A stretch of 64,000 nucleotides of DNA from Podarcis cretensis (lineage: Eukaryota): positions 80,104,001-80,168,000 of the forward strand of contig OX638153.1 in assembly GCA_951804945.1 (NCBI GenBank), given 5' to 3'. This document shows positions 49,139 to 62,226 of the stretch, in pieces. Each line of letters begins with the position of its first letter. Position 1 is the first letter of the stretch. A program made the position numbers and the translations under genes. The notes beneath the pieces were generated by a model that saw nothing but the letters and a program-made list of their open reading frames with translations, was not told the DNA's origin and made no database searches.

Positions 49139-49597
49139 AGTGACGTTAACATATATGAGAGAGTGCTGGAGGGGAAATAGTCAAATAGGTTGCACAGACA
49201 GGACCCAGGGGGGGTGGAGTCAGTGGGACTATAAAACCAGTTCTGGGAGGAGGTAATTGGGAGTAGTTGGTGGATAGTTGGTTGGATTTAGCAGGTTGGC
49301 TGGTTGGGAAAGGCAGTTGGTAATAGAGAGACCGTTAGGGTAGTGGGTTCTTGAGTGTGGGGAGGTAGAAGAGATAAAAAAGAGGAAAATAAGACTAAGA
49401 AAGTAAAGAGCAACAACGTTTGGAATGCTGTAAAAGTTTTGTTTGTGTCTGAAATAAAATACACTCTTCTTTATTAAGTGGGAAGCAGACTGAGACGGAA
49501 GTGATTTTACCAGGGAGGACCTGGTTGGTGGCAGCGGATTATTGGTGTACGGGTCAATAGTCCGTGAGACGACCGGGGGCTCCATACGAATGCCACA
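49139..49597 (+). mobile_element. Solo LTR (459 bp)
   Basis: TSD GTAAG on both sides; (A)GTGACG...TGCCACA ends with the first T mutated; TATAAAA at 49230 and AATAAA at 49453. Confidence 0.7.
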
Positions 49598-50645
49598 GTA
49601 AGTCCTGTTGATTTGACTGGGAAATAATTAATTTAATTGAGAAAGAATGAGCTCTCCCGCTGAATTTGATGGCAAACCACCTTACTACCTGCTAGGCACA
49701 TACCAAAAGGTGAGAGAACTGAACAAAACTTCAGTTGTAACAGCGATCGTAAACTGCTTGCAAAAGAGCAGCTAGTTTACAGAGAACTAGGTTTCTATAA
49801 AATCCTCAAACTTGCATAATTTAAAATTTTTTATGGGGGAGGGGTGGGAGAGTTATGCAGAGTGCTGAAACCCATTGTCACAATCATTTTATACCTACTT
49901 TCACAGACAGCAATGTATTTTGAAGGAAAGAAAGAAGAAAACAACCCAGGCATTTTTCTCCCCATGCGTCTATTTCTCTGTCGACCCTGAAATGTCAGTA
50001 TTTCAAGGATTTATTGAATGAATGACATGGGAAGGTCAAAGAAAAAGTATGGGACTCTGGTGAAGGACACTGGCGGGGACGTCCAGCAAAATGCAATGCC
50101 AACATCTGAAAGGGAATATATCAAAACCCTCCCACATATAGGGGTACAATTAAAGAAATACTTATGAGCTAAAAGAATTTTTGTGAAATTCATTCACATC
50201 TGCAGACTTTTAAATTTTGTAATTCAAAGGGAGAACGCTTCCAGTACAGCATCACTAAATATCTCTTATAGCCAGAAGTGCACAAAGTCAATTTCCACAA
50301 TGGTCATTAAGGAGAATATTCATTCTGTTTTTCATGTAGACATGAAAAAAAAATCAGGGGAAGCCTAATTAGGCTAATTAGCTGAAATCGTTGCATTATT
50401 GAAATATTTTGCGGTCTTCAAAGTAGTGAGTAATTGTAAGTTCTCCAGAGGCTGGTTTCTCTCACAAGCATTCTACTGTACAACATTTGTTCCCTTATCA
50501 GTGTGTTGGGAATGTCAATTGTCAATAGTCCCCATTAGCAAATATAAGCTGGAAGTTGTGGGACGCATCTGAAAATTGAATGAATAACAGCTCATTAATT
50601 GTCCTTTTTCAGTTTCTTGAAAGCCAAAGAACGTTACATATAGGA

Positions 50646-50677
<32 letters not shown>

Positions 50678-51104
50678 GTATGTGCTGCCAGCTAAAGTTT
50701 AAAGAAATAAATTATGTTTTACAGTGGCCTTACCATCTGCAGAAATAACTGGTGAAACAAAGCTGGGAGTCGGGAGTGGGACAGGGATCCTGCACTTAAG
50801 TCTTGTTTGCAGGCTTTGTATAAGCTGCCTGGTTGGCTACTGTGGAAACAGAATGCTGGACTAGATGTTTGGCTTGATCCATCAGGGCTCTTTTCTTGAT
50901 TCTGTGCCATGCGAGGGCTCTAATTATATCATGGCTGACCTTGGACCAGTCACATTCCCTCAGCTTAACCTACCTCGCAGGGTTGTTGTGAGGTCAAAAG
51001 GGGAAGAGCTCCTCGGAGGATACGTGGGACATAAATATAAAAATAAAAACTGCCTTTTCTTGCTGACCAGTGCCTCCATTTTCCCCAGCTTCTTCTGCTA
51101 TTTC

Positions 51105-52935
51105 ATAGAATCATAGAATCATAGAGTTGGAAGAGACCACAAGGGCCATCGAGTCCAACCCTCTGCCAAGCAGGAAACACCATCAGAGCACTCCTGACAT
51201 ATGGCTGTCAAGCCTCTGCTTAAAGACCTCCAAAGAAGGAGTGTTTGCTTAATGATCTGCTCCAGAATCTTCCCTGGTATTGATGTCAGACTGACTGGGC
51301 GGTAATTATTTGGGTCCTCTCTTTTCCCCTTTTTGAAAATAGGGACAACATTTGCCCTCCTCCAGTCTGCCGGACTTTGCCTGTTCTCCAGGAATTCTCA
51401 AAGATGACTGCCAGTGGTTCTGAGATCACATCTGCCAGTTCTTTTAATACTCTTGGATGCAGTTCATCTGGCCCTGGAGACTTGAATACATCTAAACTAG
51501 CCAAGTATTCTTGTACTATCTCCTTAGTTATTCTGGGCTGTGTTTCCTCTGCTGAATCATTTGCTCCAAATTCTTCAGGTCGGGCATTGTTTTCTTTATC
51601 GGAGAAGACTGAGGCAAAGAAGGCATTGAGGAGTTCAACCCTTTCTGTGTCCCCTGTTTGCATTTCACCATCTTCTCCTCTGAGTGACCCCACTGTTTCT
51701 TTGTTCTTCCTTTTGCTATGAACATACCCATAAAAGCCTTTTTTGTTGCTTTTAACCTCTCTAGCAAGCCCGAGTTCATTCTGTGCTTTAGCTTTTCTGA
51801 CTTTGTGTCTACACGTGCTGGCTATATGTTTGAATTCCTCTGTGGTGGTTTCCCCCCTTTTCCATTTTTTGTACACATCCTTTTTTAATCTTAACTCAGT
51901 TAAAAGTTCTTTAGATAGCCACCCTGGCTTCTTTAGGTACCTTCCATGTTTCCGTCTCATTGGTATTGCCTGAAGTTGTGCTTTTACTATCTCCCTCTTA
52001 ACAAACTCCCAACCATCATGAACTCCCTTTCCTTTTAGTATTACTGTCCATGGGATCTCAGCCAGCACTTCCCTAAGTTTTATGAAGTTGGCTTTCTTAA
52101 AGTCAAGAAATTGAGTCCTAGTATGCTTGGCTGCTCCTTTCCGCTGTATAGTAAACTTCAGAAGAGCATGATCACTTGCGCCTAATGATCCTTCCACTTC
52201 TACCCCACTAACCAGGTCATCAACATTGGTTAGGACCAGATCTAAAATGGCTGTTCCTCTTGTTGCTTCTCCCACTTTCTGGACAATCAAGTTGTCTGCA
52301 AGGCCAGTGAGGAATCTGTTTGACCTTATGCTCTTGGCTGAGTTTGACATCCAACAAATATCCGGGTTATTGAAGTCCCCCATTACTACTATCTCCCTTC
52401 CTTTTGCATGCTTGGCCATCTGTTCCAGGAAGGCATCATCTATGTCCTCCGTTTGGCTTGGGGATCTATAGTAAACTCCCACAATGAGGTCACTGTTATT
52501 CTTCTCTCCCTTAATTTTGACCCAAATGCTCTCACTTTGGCTTTGAGGTTCTAAATCTTGGATCTCTTCACAGGTATACACATCCCTGACATATAACGCC
52601 ACTCCTCCTCCTTTCTTGTCTGGTCTGTTTCTCTGAAATAGATTGTATCCCTCCATTATTACATTCCAATCGTGGGACTTATCCCACCAGGTTTCAGTGA
52701 TGCCTATTATGTCATATTTAGTTTCCTGTACCAAGAGCTCAAGCTCATCTTGTTTATTTGCCATGCTTTGCGCATTAGTGTACAGACACTGAAGTCCATT
52801 AATCATTCCCCCGTGTCTCTTATTTAAGGATTTTTTCCTCCCACCACTAGGTCTGCGTGCTGTTTGCTCCATTTGGTCTATGACATTTGGATGATCATCT
52901 TCATCAATTGATAGACTCCTACCTTCAGGAGCACG
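51105..52935 (-). mobile_element. Young CR1 LINE: ORF2 endonuclease plus start of RT, internally deleted, with 3' tail
   Basis: ORF 51286..52962 with CR1 APE motifs (LYTNAQSM, GITETWWD, VVMGDFN, LDLVLTN, SDH) and KSPGPDELHPRVLKEL; frameshift near 51375; ATTCTATG octamer tail at 51105-51124. Confidence 0.97.
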
Positions 52936-53095
52936 TTTCCCCACAAATGTTTCAGATTGCAAGCCCCTTGGAGGTTGGGACTTGTCATACCTGTTCTATG
53001 TAAAGCAATATGTACACAGAAGCCGCTCTAGAAATAAAATAATAATTATTATTATAATCATGCAAAACATAGGTGGAAGTTTTAGCTCTGCTTAC

Positions 53096-53164
53096 CTTAT
53101 GTTTACCAAAATTGCTCATTAGTCTACTGTGGGATTTCTTGCCAGTATCTTTTACATCCGAGTT
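53096..53164 (-). CDS. PLCH1: PLCH1 exon (X-Y linker), NSDVKDTGKKSHSRLMSNFGKHK
   Basis: ccatAG / GTAAGC; 69 nt, phase 0/0; similar to recalled mammalian DVKESGKKSHGRSLMTNFGKHK. Confidence 0.92.
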
Positions 53165-54548
53165 CTATGGAAGCAAAATAAGCAAATAACCCAACGACCA
53201 AGGAAATGGGGTTTTTTTATATAGTAAACACATGTATTGTATTTGCTCCCAGAAGAATGGGACTATATGTGAAAATCAGCCTTCCCCAAACTGAGGCTCC
53301 CCTCATGTTTCGGACCAGAACTCTCATCACAGAGTATAAGCTAAATATTATATATTTCAGCAAAGACTATAATATTTAGCTTGTGTCTGTACTCCCAATA
53401 ATTAAGTTCTTTGAAGGGGTCGCAGGAATGCAAATGAAGCAGATATCTGGTGCCCAGATAAAGAGAGGAAAAAGAAGAGTCAACTTAAGAGGAATCAAAA
53501 ATGAAAGTGTGATCCAAGTGAACAAACATATCAAACCTCACACTTCCAAAACCTGTAGATAAACAGGGAATAAATAAAAAAACATGCACACAACCCAAAG
53601 ACACAGAGACAGAAGCGATGTTTGCTAGGCCACCTGAGGTTTGCTGTGAGAGAGTTCCCCTGGGTCATCAGTTTGATGATCTGTGGCAGGACCCAGTGTT
53701 GCTGTCAGAACATCACATCCCTTTATCTCTTTGAAGAGCTGAAAAGAGGCACTGAAATACACCGCCTCAACTATTCACAGCACAAATCCTTCCAGTTACA
53801 TAAATGCGCAGCCTGTGGCAGAAATGTATTTTCCATTAGCTTTTTTTTTGTGAAGAACAAGTAATGGTTTCTCCTTTCTTTTCTTTTTTTGGCTAGTCAA
53901 GCTCGACAAACTCAAACCTACTTTTCCAAATATTTATTTCCAGTTCAGGATGCAGGATACAGCCCAAGGTATTTCTTCAGCACATGCAGGGAGGAGAGCA
54001 TAGTTCACTCACAGCTCTTCCACCCCTTCATCTTCATATGCACTAGCAAATGATGCCTATTTAACATTAAGCATCACTTTCAGTTTCCTCTTCCGGGGAC
54101 ATTACTCATCCCTGTGGGATGTAACATCACAGAAGCACTCAAATACAACATGTCCTGTTTGCCCAGAGTGGACACACAGGGGAATGTTGCTCCAGCCAGG
54201 AGGACTTCCTGTCACACCTGGTCTGGAGCATCCTCCCCCTGGGTGTGACCAGGTAGATGGGCGTGACCCTGGCAGACCCTTCAAAAGGGCCAGTCACACA
54301 GCCATCTCTCTCTCTTGATCCCTTCTCTCCATTTTGCCTTTTGCTGTCTGCTGGCTCTCGGCCAGCAGCACATGGGCTCATCCCTCACAGAGGATGAACC
54401 CACACTTTTTTGTGTAACGGTAACTACAAGATAAAGTCTGCCTTCAGGACCATACTGTGAACTGAATGTAAGTAAACCTTATTGTTACTTTTAAAAGAAG
54501 ACTGTTGTGTCATTATTGTTTTTAAGAGAGGACTAATGGGGATTTACA

Positions 54549-54925
54549 GGTGACGCAGGTGGCACTGCGGGTTAAAGCCTCAGCGCCTAGGGCTTGCCGA
54601 TCGAAAGGTCGGCGGTTCGAATCCCTGCGGCGGGGTGCGCTCCCACTGCTCGGTCCCAGCGCCTGCCAACCTAGCAGTTCGAAAGCACCTCCGGGTGCAA
54701 GTAGATAAATAGGGACCGCTTACCAGCGGGAAGGTAAACGGCGTTTCCGTGTGCGGCTCTGGCTCGGGCTCGGGCTCTGGCCAGAGCAGCGATGTCACGC
54801 TGGCCACGTGACCCGGAAGTGTCTCCGGACAGCGCTGGCCCCTGGCCTCTTAAGTGAGATGGGCGCACAACCCCAGAGTCTGTCAAGACTGGCCCGTATG
54901 GGCAGGGGTACCTTTACCTTTACCT
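54549..54925 (+). mobile_element. Sauria SINE, full length
   Basis: A/B boxes, (ACCTTT)n tail, 15-bp TSD taatggggatttaca (54534-54548 / 54926-54940). Confidence 0.95.
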
Positions 54926-54938
54926 TAATGGGGATTTA

Positions 54939-55407
54939 CAGTGGTGCCCGCAAGACGAATGCCTCGCAAGACGGAAAACCCGCTAGACGAAAGGGTTTTC
55001 CGTTTTGGAGGTGCTTCGCAAAACGAATTTCCTATGGGCTTGCTTCACAAGACGAAAATGTCTTGCGAGTTTCTGCAGTTTTTTTCCCTTTCACCCCCCT
55101 TTTTCTAAGCCGCTAAGCCGCTAATCAGCTGATCCGCTAAGCCACTAAGCAGCTTATCAGCTGATCTGCTAAGCTGCTTAACAGCTGATCCGCTAAGCCG
55201 CTTATCAGCTGATCTGCTAGGCTGCTTAACAGCTGATCCGCTAAGCCGCTTATCAGCTGATCCGCTAAGCCGCTTATCAGCTGATCCGCTAAGCCGCTAA
55301 TAGCGCTAATCCGCTAAGCCGCTAATGGGCTTGCTTCGCAAGACGAAAAAACCGCAAGACGAAGAGACTCTCGGAACGGATTCTTTTTGTCTTGCGAGGC
55401 ACCACTG
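54939..55407. mobile_element. Tc1/mariner-pogo MITE (family C) with internal minisatellite
   Basis: TIR CAGTGGTGCC(T)CGCAAGAC; TA TSD at 54937-54938 and 55408-55409. Confidence 0.9.
55105..55325. repeat. 24-bp minisatellite GCTAAGCCGCTTATCAGCTGATCC
   Basis: CAGCTG at 55126, 55158, 55182, 55206, 55230, 55254 and 55278. Confidence 0.95.
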
Positions 55408-55840
55408 TACCAGGAACAATCCACTCTGGACAAGCGAGACTGGATTGCTTAACTGAAATGATTCTCATGAATCCATCAACTAGCTTCCTGCAATGTATAA
55501 GGGAATGTGCTCTGCTACTAGCTCACTAGCATGAGTGAGGAAGGATCCTCTCCTACTATCCACAACATTCCCACAATCCCTAGTTTGACCTAGGCTTGCT
55601 GGGCTCCATGTAGTGGTCTTCTGTCAAATGGCAAAGGTCTTTGCCCACTGATTTGGCTGCTTGTTTTCACTAACTGGTTTGATTGGATTGTTTTGCTCTC
55701 TGCTTGGTTTTGATGTTTATGTCGCTGCTGCAATAATGAAAAGAAATAAGAAAAGCCAGTGTGGTATAGCAATTTATGTGACAGAAAAGGGTAGAGAAGG
55801 GTACAAATTGCAAATTCGCATTCAGCCATGGAGCTGAGTG

Positions 55841-56080
55841 GAGGAGGAGTTTGGATTTGATATCCCACCTTTCACTCCCCTTCAGGAGTCTCAAAGCGGC
55901 TAACATTCTCCTTTCCCTTCCTCCCCCACAACAAACACTCTGTGAGATGAGTGGGGCTGAGAGACTTCAAAGAAGTGTGACTGGCCCAAGGTCACCCAGC
56001 AGCTGCATGTGGAGGAGTGGAGACGCGAACCCGGTTCACCAGATTACGAGTCCACCGCTCTTAACCACTACACTACACTG
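55841..56080 (-). mobile_element. tRNA-derived SINE (same family as 23482-23716)
   Basis: Reverse complement aligns end to end with 23482-23716. Confidence 0.85.
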
Positions 56081-58134
56081 ACCTTCGGCCACCCACCGCC
56101 TCTCAAACTAATCCAACCTCACAGGGATGTTGTGGGGATAAAGAGTTCCCTGCACAGAGGGAAGGATTGTTAAATCACTCTGGAAATTGTAGCTCTGTGA
56201 GGAGACTAGGGATCTCCCAAGAACTCTCATCGTCTTTAACAAACAACAGTTCCCAGGAAGCCATGACCATTAAAGTGGCTTGATACTGCTTTAAACGTAA
56301 AGTGCAGATAGGGCCTCAGTTGCTCAAAAGATTTAAACCTCTCCATGTGAGCGGGCATGGAAGGAACAGAGGGAAAAGCTGGCACTTGGTGTGCAACTAT
56401 ATATTTCTTTATTTAAAAGTCGCTGACAAGAGTCTTTGAGCCGAACGCTTAGGGCTAAGAAAGGAGTGTTAGCTGCTGGCACCAGAGAAGAGAAGACATA
56501 TGGACTTTTTGACAGTCAAAGGAAATATTCCCCTTTGTATGTCCCTTAAAGGTCTATGCCTCCAACAGAAAAAAAATATTTTTAACATGACCCTGCAGGA
56601 CACCTTTCAGAACTTTTAAAGGAATAAGAATCAAATATTTAGCACACAATTTCAAAGTTGCTTCGAAAAGACTATAGGTTGTGAATGATTTCCCAAATGG
56701 TCTCGCAATCTCTTTTAGTACATCTTCTGCCATTCATTGCTTTTTTTAATGCTATATTTATTTAGGTTCATGATAAAATGTTTCTTGACCTGCTTCTTGA
56801 GACAATTTTAATGGGGGGGGGGGGTTCGCACAGTACCATTCCCATGACGGATGATTATACAGTCTAAGATGGCGATACTATTGATTAGTTAATCACCTTC
56901 CACATATATGTCTCAAGGCGATCTACACAATACAATAGAAACAGCTAAAAAATATCACAGAAAATAACAGCAAATAAATTAAAAAATGGTAAGAGTAAAC
57001 ACCAATGGCAGAGACCTATAATCCAGCTAGGTCAAGCTTGTCAGAACAAAAGATGTCTTCAGATGTTTCAAAAAGTGTAGATTGTGGGCACCTGTCATAT
57101 TCTGACAGGGGTCTTCCACAGAATAGGGGCAGCCACACTGAAATCTCTGCTCCAAGACAGATCAAGTTTCTGATCTCTTTGGAACCAACTGGGGATACAA
57201 GGGATCAGGCAGTCTCTCAATAACTTAGTCCCGAGCTGTATGATAGGGCAGGGAGAGTGGCGCTGTGGGGCAGATAAGATTCAAATTTGGTTTTAGGATG
57301 CCACATATAATTTTGTCATTATTATGTCTTTTGTCAGTATAATTTAATGTTATTCCATTGTGGAGGATACAAGCCACTGTATGGTAGATCGTGTGCAGCC
57401 TGGAAAGTGAAGCTGTGGATGTTTTCAAGCAGGCTTAGTGAACCACTGCTGAGAGACACTTAAAGTCCTGTCAGCACTATAACAATAACAACAACAATTT
57501 ATTATTTATACCCATCTGGCTGGATTCTATGGCAAGGCAGATTTCTGAGGCAAATCAATAGCTATTAACGATGGTTTCCTAATTCAGATACGGCAAATCA
57601 TAGTTAGTGTAGACAATGGTTTGCAAATCTGCTTCAAACCAATCATGGTTTGGCACAGCCATGGTTTGGCACAACTGCAAGTCATTCCACACAATACCAT
57701 TAGCCATGAGTCACATTGAATACCTTCCTAAATTAAAACACTTCTACTGTTTTTCCTAAACATCCTGGTAGGTCACATTATAGGTGATTCGGATGCATTT
57801 TCTGCAGCTCCTATTTTCCAGAAAAGAACCAAATGTGGAACTATCATTCTCACCCAGAACATCCACTGTAAATCTTTATTTGCAAATACATACATAAATA
57901 CAAAGGTATGCTGCGTCCTTATTTTATTTGGTTTTTGGAGGTGGGAAAGTAACTTCTGTTTAAAAGCAGCTCCTATACAATGGATTTTGCAAATTTCACT
58001 GAGAGACATTTCTTATATAAAATGAAGCATGACTATTTCTTTCTCATGGCAAACCTGCAATGAATGCTAACCTCATCTCAACAATGCTAGAAGAACTCAG
58101 TAGAAAGGGGGAGGGGAAGAAAGATAAATCTTAC

Positions 58135-58296
58135 CTGTTTGAAGTTTACATTTAAACCTTCGTGTGTTGCTTTTAAGAGTGCTCTCACCGTGTAGCTGTC
58201 AGGGTCTTCTTTGTCCCTGATCTGAGACTCTTTTAGCAAGGATTCAAGTTTCTTCCTTATAAAAGATTCCATCTGGTGCTCAGTGGTGCCATTACT
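58135..58296 (-). CDS. PLCH1: PLCH1 exon (X-Y linker), SNGTTEHQMESFIRKKLESLLKESQIRDKEDPDSYTVRALLKATHEGLNVNFKQ
   Basis: tttcAG / GTAAGA; 162 nt, phase 0/0; overlaps ORF-track 58087..58272; PLC-eta linker sequence. Confidence 0.95.
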
Positions 58297-58616
58297 CTGA
58301 AATAGATCAGTCAGACCAATGCAAAATGCTCAGTGGATATTTTTTTTCTTTTCTTAAGCAAACAGAGCAGGGTAGTTGTTTCCACTCCCAAGTAAACTGA
58401 TTCTCCCTACAGGTTCTTTGCAGTAGTAGTGAATTTGTGTAAAAAAGGAAAATAAAATCTCTTCAAGGTTTCATTCTAATATTCTGCCTGTTAGAACTCC
58501 TGGGGTGGCAATAAAAACCGGTGTCACTTTCCCTAAAGATTCAATCCTCCCTCAGCATTTCCCTTACAAATTTGGGGACTGCCTCACTCAATGGGCTGTC
58601 AGCCTTCACTAACCTA

Positions 58617-58970
58617 AAGGTAAAGGTACCCCTGACCATTAGGTCCAGTCGCGGACGACTCTGGGGTTGCGGCGCTCATCTCGCTCTATAGGCAGAGGGA
58701 GCCAGCATTTGTCCGCAGACAGCTTCCAGGTCATGTGGCCAGCATGACTGCTCTGGCGAACCAGAGCAGCGCAAGGAAATGCAGTTTACCTTTCCGCTGG
58801 AGTGGTACCTATTTATCTACTTGCACTCTGCCATGCTTTCGAACTGCTAGGTTGGCAGGAACTGGGACCGAACAACAGGAGCTCACCCCGTCGCGGAGAT
58901 TAGAACTGCTAACCTTCTGATTGGCAAGCCCTAGGCTCTGTGGTTTAGACCACAGCACCACCCGTGTCCC
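58617..58970 (-). mobile_element. Sauria SINE
   Basis: Same consensus as other copies; 12-bp TSD ttcactaaccta (58605-58616 / 58971-58982). Confidence 0.93.
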
Positions 58971-61434
58971 TTCACTAACCTAGGCCTCTCCATAAATTTT
59001 AGACTACAGACCCAGCTACTGGCCAAGGCTGATGAGAGTTCTTGTCCAATAGATCTTTGGGCCACCAGGTTTCCGACAGCTGGGGTACATTATCTTAGCA
59101 GTAAGATCTGTCACTTCTGTAGGACTGGTTGCTGGAGTGTGAATTCATGTCTGTCTATATAGGATTTTATGGATGGATTTTATCTATTGCTGGCTTAGCT
59201 TCAGCAAGGGTTTGCATTGTTGCTTTTAATTCTATCTATTTTACTGTGTCACCTAGATAACATTTTTTAATGAGATACATAAATTGGGAGTGGGGTGGGG
59301 AAAACCAACCACAGAGACAAAACAGATGAGCTCTTTTTTAGAACAACACAACCAAAGCTACCTGGAAATAAACTGATGAACATGAGGATCCCTCAGAAAT
59401 ACTTAGGATATACCTAGAGCCAATGTGGTTTAGAGGGCTTCTTATGGGGAAGTGGTCATGTGATGGCTTCATGGACATATGCGTAGAGCAGGGAAACACA
59501 AGAGGTGATCTGCAAGGCCTCTCCTTGGTTGCCAATGACACACCGAGCACCATTTCCCACTGGGAAGGGGAGGGCTCAACTAAACCGTTACAATGAATAT
59601 GCAGATGTTTGAGTAGACGAATGAAATTAACAGAGTGCTGTATCTGATGCTACAGGAGATGCAAGGAACTTCCCTGTGTGCAACTCATAGTCAGCTCTAG
59701 AGGGTTAGGGGAGCCTCTACAGCAGATTCAGAGAGTGCAAGAGTGAAGAAATGGAAATGTGATGCTATCCACAATGTTAGCCTGAAATATTCAGTAGCTT
59801 TATACTTAACCCGGGTTCCTTTTTAGAGCAGGACAAGAAAGTGGGATGCGGCAAACACACCCATGCTTCTGGCTAGGTATTATTATTTTTATTATCATCA
59901 CTTGATTTATTAATTGCCTTCTAAACAACCACCTCAATGAAAACCATACATAATAAATATTCATGGTAAAGACCCATTTATCTAGCTAGGAAAGTCTAAA
60001 ATGCCTCCAACTGCTTCCAGAAAGTGTGGGCAGTGGGCACCTGTCGTATTTTGACAGGAATGCTCTTCCATAGAACAGCCACACTAAAAGCCCTGCTCTG
60101 AGTCATCGATCTTGTTCCCTAAGTAGCATTTCCTGGTCTCCACTGTGGCTTTGGAGCTGTTGCTACAGGAAAATACAATGTGTTCGTGCAGAGGTGGCAC
60201 TGAGGGGATATAACTTCTTGGGTCACTGCGTGCATTTTCTCTGCCTTGTGCTTTGAGCACCCAAAGACAAATCATCTCTCTGCGGAAGACAATCTCACAG
60301 AGGGCACAAAAGGGGTGATTCAGTGTTGTGCAGCGTTCTGCGCTTCACCATTTGAAACAACCGTTTAGGAAACGGTTTATCAAAATGGGAATGCTCTCAA
60401 GGTTCCCTCATGTCTGTTAAGTATTAATGTGTTCATCTGATTTCAGTTTGGTCCCTTTTATGCATAAATGTAAGACAATGCTGCAGTGCCAGATAATCTT
60501 GAAGTACCCTGTGGTAAAAGTGCTTAAGAGAGGAACAGTATTATGAGCATCTGGTGCTCTCTCTCTGAACCAAATCTGATGGGGCCCTGTAATATCTAAA
60601 GCAGCAAAACAATTCCCAGCCTGCTTGCGAAATGTTTATGTCCCACTAGCTGATGCAAATTAGGAAAGAGGCAGGAAAGAGCTCATTTTGCAGGCATCTT
60701 GGTAAACATAAGTGCTCCACTGTGGGCAAGGTGGAGAATGAGAAACCAAAATCCACACCGTCACATGCTGACCTGCAAATCACTAGAGTCACCTTGCCAG
60801 TTGCCTAGACGAACCAACTCTCTACCAGACTGGTAAAAGATTATAAATACATGTGAAATATTTTGAGCCAGTCAAGTATGAACTCTTCTGAGCTGGAACA
60901 AACCATCTGTTCATGACTGAGCAGCCTTGCTGCATTGCCACCGAGCAAAAGATTTCATTTTTTCAAAAATCTACTTCCAGACAAGACACAAATGGAAAAC
61001 AGCAAGAGGAAAGAAGAGCAAGTGCATAAGAGAGTCTGTGTACTGGTCCAGTAAACGCTTCCGCTGCGCAACCAGCAACAGTTCTCTTTGCAGAGCATTG
61101 ATTAAGTCCAGTGCAGAGATTCTTGTTGCAGTACATGCTTCAGAGTCTCAGCAGCAAGGAAATAACGACACAGGGAAGCCTGTCTTTCCAAAGACAGGTT
61201 TATTGCAGAAAGATAACAGAAACACCTCCGGAGCTTTCAGACATTTTGCTTCATGCCCCACAGGCAGAGAAAACAAACACTCTTTATATACTGAGCAACT
61301 TAACAACTTAACGAGCTTGACTACTTAAAGTCACATGACATTGCTAACTTGCCAGCGTCTTATGTTTCACACCCTAACAGTGCAGACAGAAGAAACAAAC
61401 ATTCAATGTACAACATGGTGAAGAAACAAGGGAG

Positions 61435-61469
<35 letters not shown>

Positions 61470-61474
<5 letters not shown>

Positions 61475-61793
61475 AGGTGGCGCTGTGGTCTAAACCACTA
61501 AGCCTCCTGGGCTTGCTGATCAGAAGGTTGGCAGTTTGAATCTGTACGACAAGGTGAGCCTCCGTTGCTCTGTCCCTGCTTCTGCCAAACTAGCAGTTCA
61601 AAAGCACACAAGTGCAAGTAGATAAATAGGTACCACTCTGGCAGGAAGGTAAACAGCATTTCTTCCGTGCTCCAGAAGCAGTTTAGTCATGCTGGCCACA
61701 TGACCTGGAAAGCTGTCCCTTGGCCTGAAGTGAGATGAGTGCCACATCCCATAGTTGCCTTTGACTGGACCTAACCATCCAGGGGTCCTTTAC
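61470..61793 (+). mobile_element. Sauria SINE (older copy)
   Basis: caggtggcgctgtggtctaaacc head, caagtagataaataggtacc core, ggggtcctttac tail. Confidence 0.88.
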
Positions 61794-61863
61794 TCTGTGT
61801 GTGTGTGTGGTGTCTCATATGTGGAACTCTTCTCATGAGAACTGTGTGTGTACACACACACAC

Positions 61864-61900
<37 letters not shown>

Positions 61901-62167
61901 TTATTTATACCCCGCCCATCTCTGAGCGGCTTCCAACTGAATATTAAAAACAGCACAGCATCAGACATTAAAAACTTCCCTAAAGAGGGCTGCCTTCAGT
62001 TGTCTTCTAAAAGTAAAATAGTTGTTTATTGCTTTGACATCTGCTGGGAGGGCGTTCCACAGGGCAGGCGCCACTACCGAGAAGGCCCTCTGCCTGGTTC
62101 CCTGTAACCTTACTTCTCACAATGAGGGAACCGCCAGAAGGCCCTCGGTGCTGGATCTCAGTGTCCA
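61864..62167 (-). mobile_element. L2-clade LINE 3' fragment with (ATT)n tail
   Basis: Aligns with 4789-5040; (AAT)n on + strand at 61864-61900. Confidence 0.85.
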
Positions 62168-62185
62168 TATATAAATTATATACAG

Positions 62186-62226
<41 letters not shown>

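Larger units (their letters stand above)
54113..55575 (+). mobile_element. Solo LTR interrupted by a MITE and a SINE
   Basis: Termini TGTGGGA...TCCCACA; TSD ATCCC (54108-54112 / 55576-55580). Confidence 0.85.

Noticed and set aside
54549-54640. tRNA-like A/B boxes as a tRNA gene (also at 23482 and 28988)
   Set aside because: They are SINE heads followed by SINE bodies, tails and TSDs.
55105-55325. Regularly spaced palindromic repeats superficially like a CRISPR array
   Set aside because: No unique spacers, no cas genes, eukaryotic context; it is a tandem minisatellite inside a MITE.
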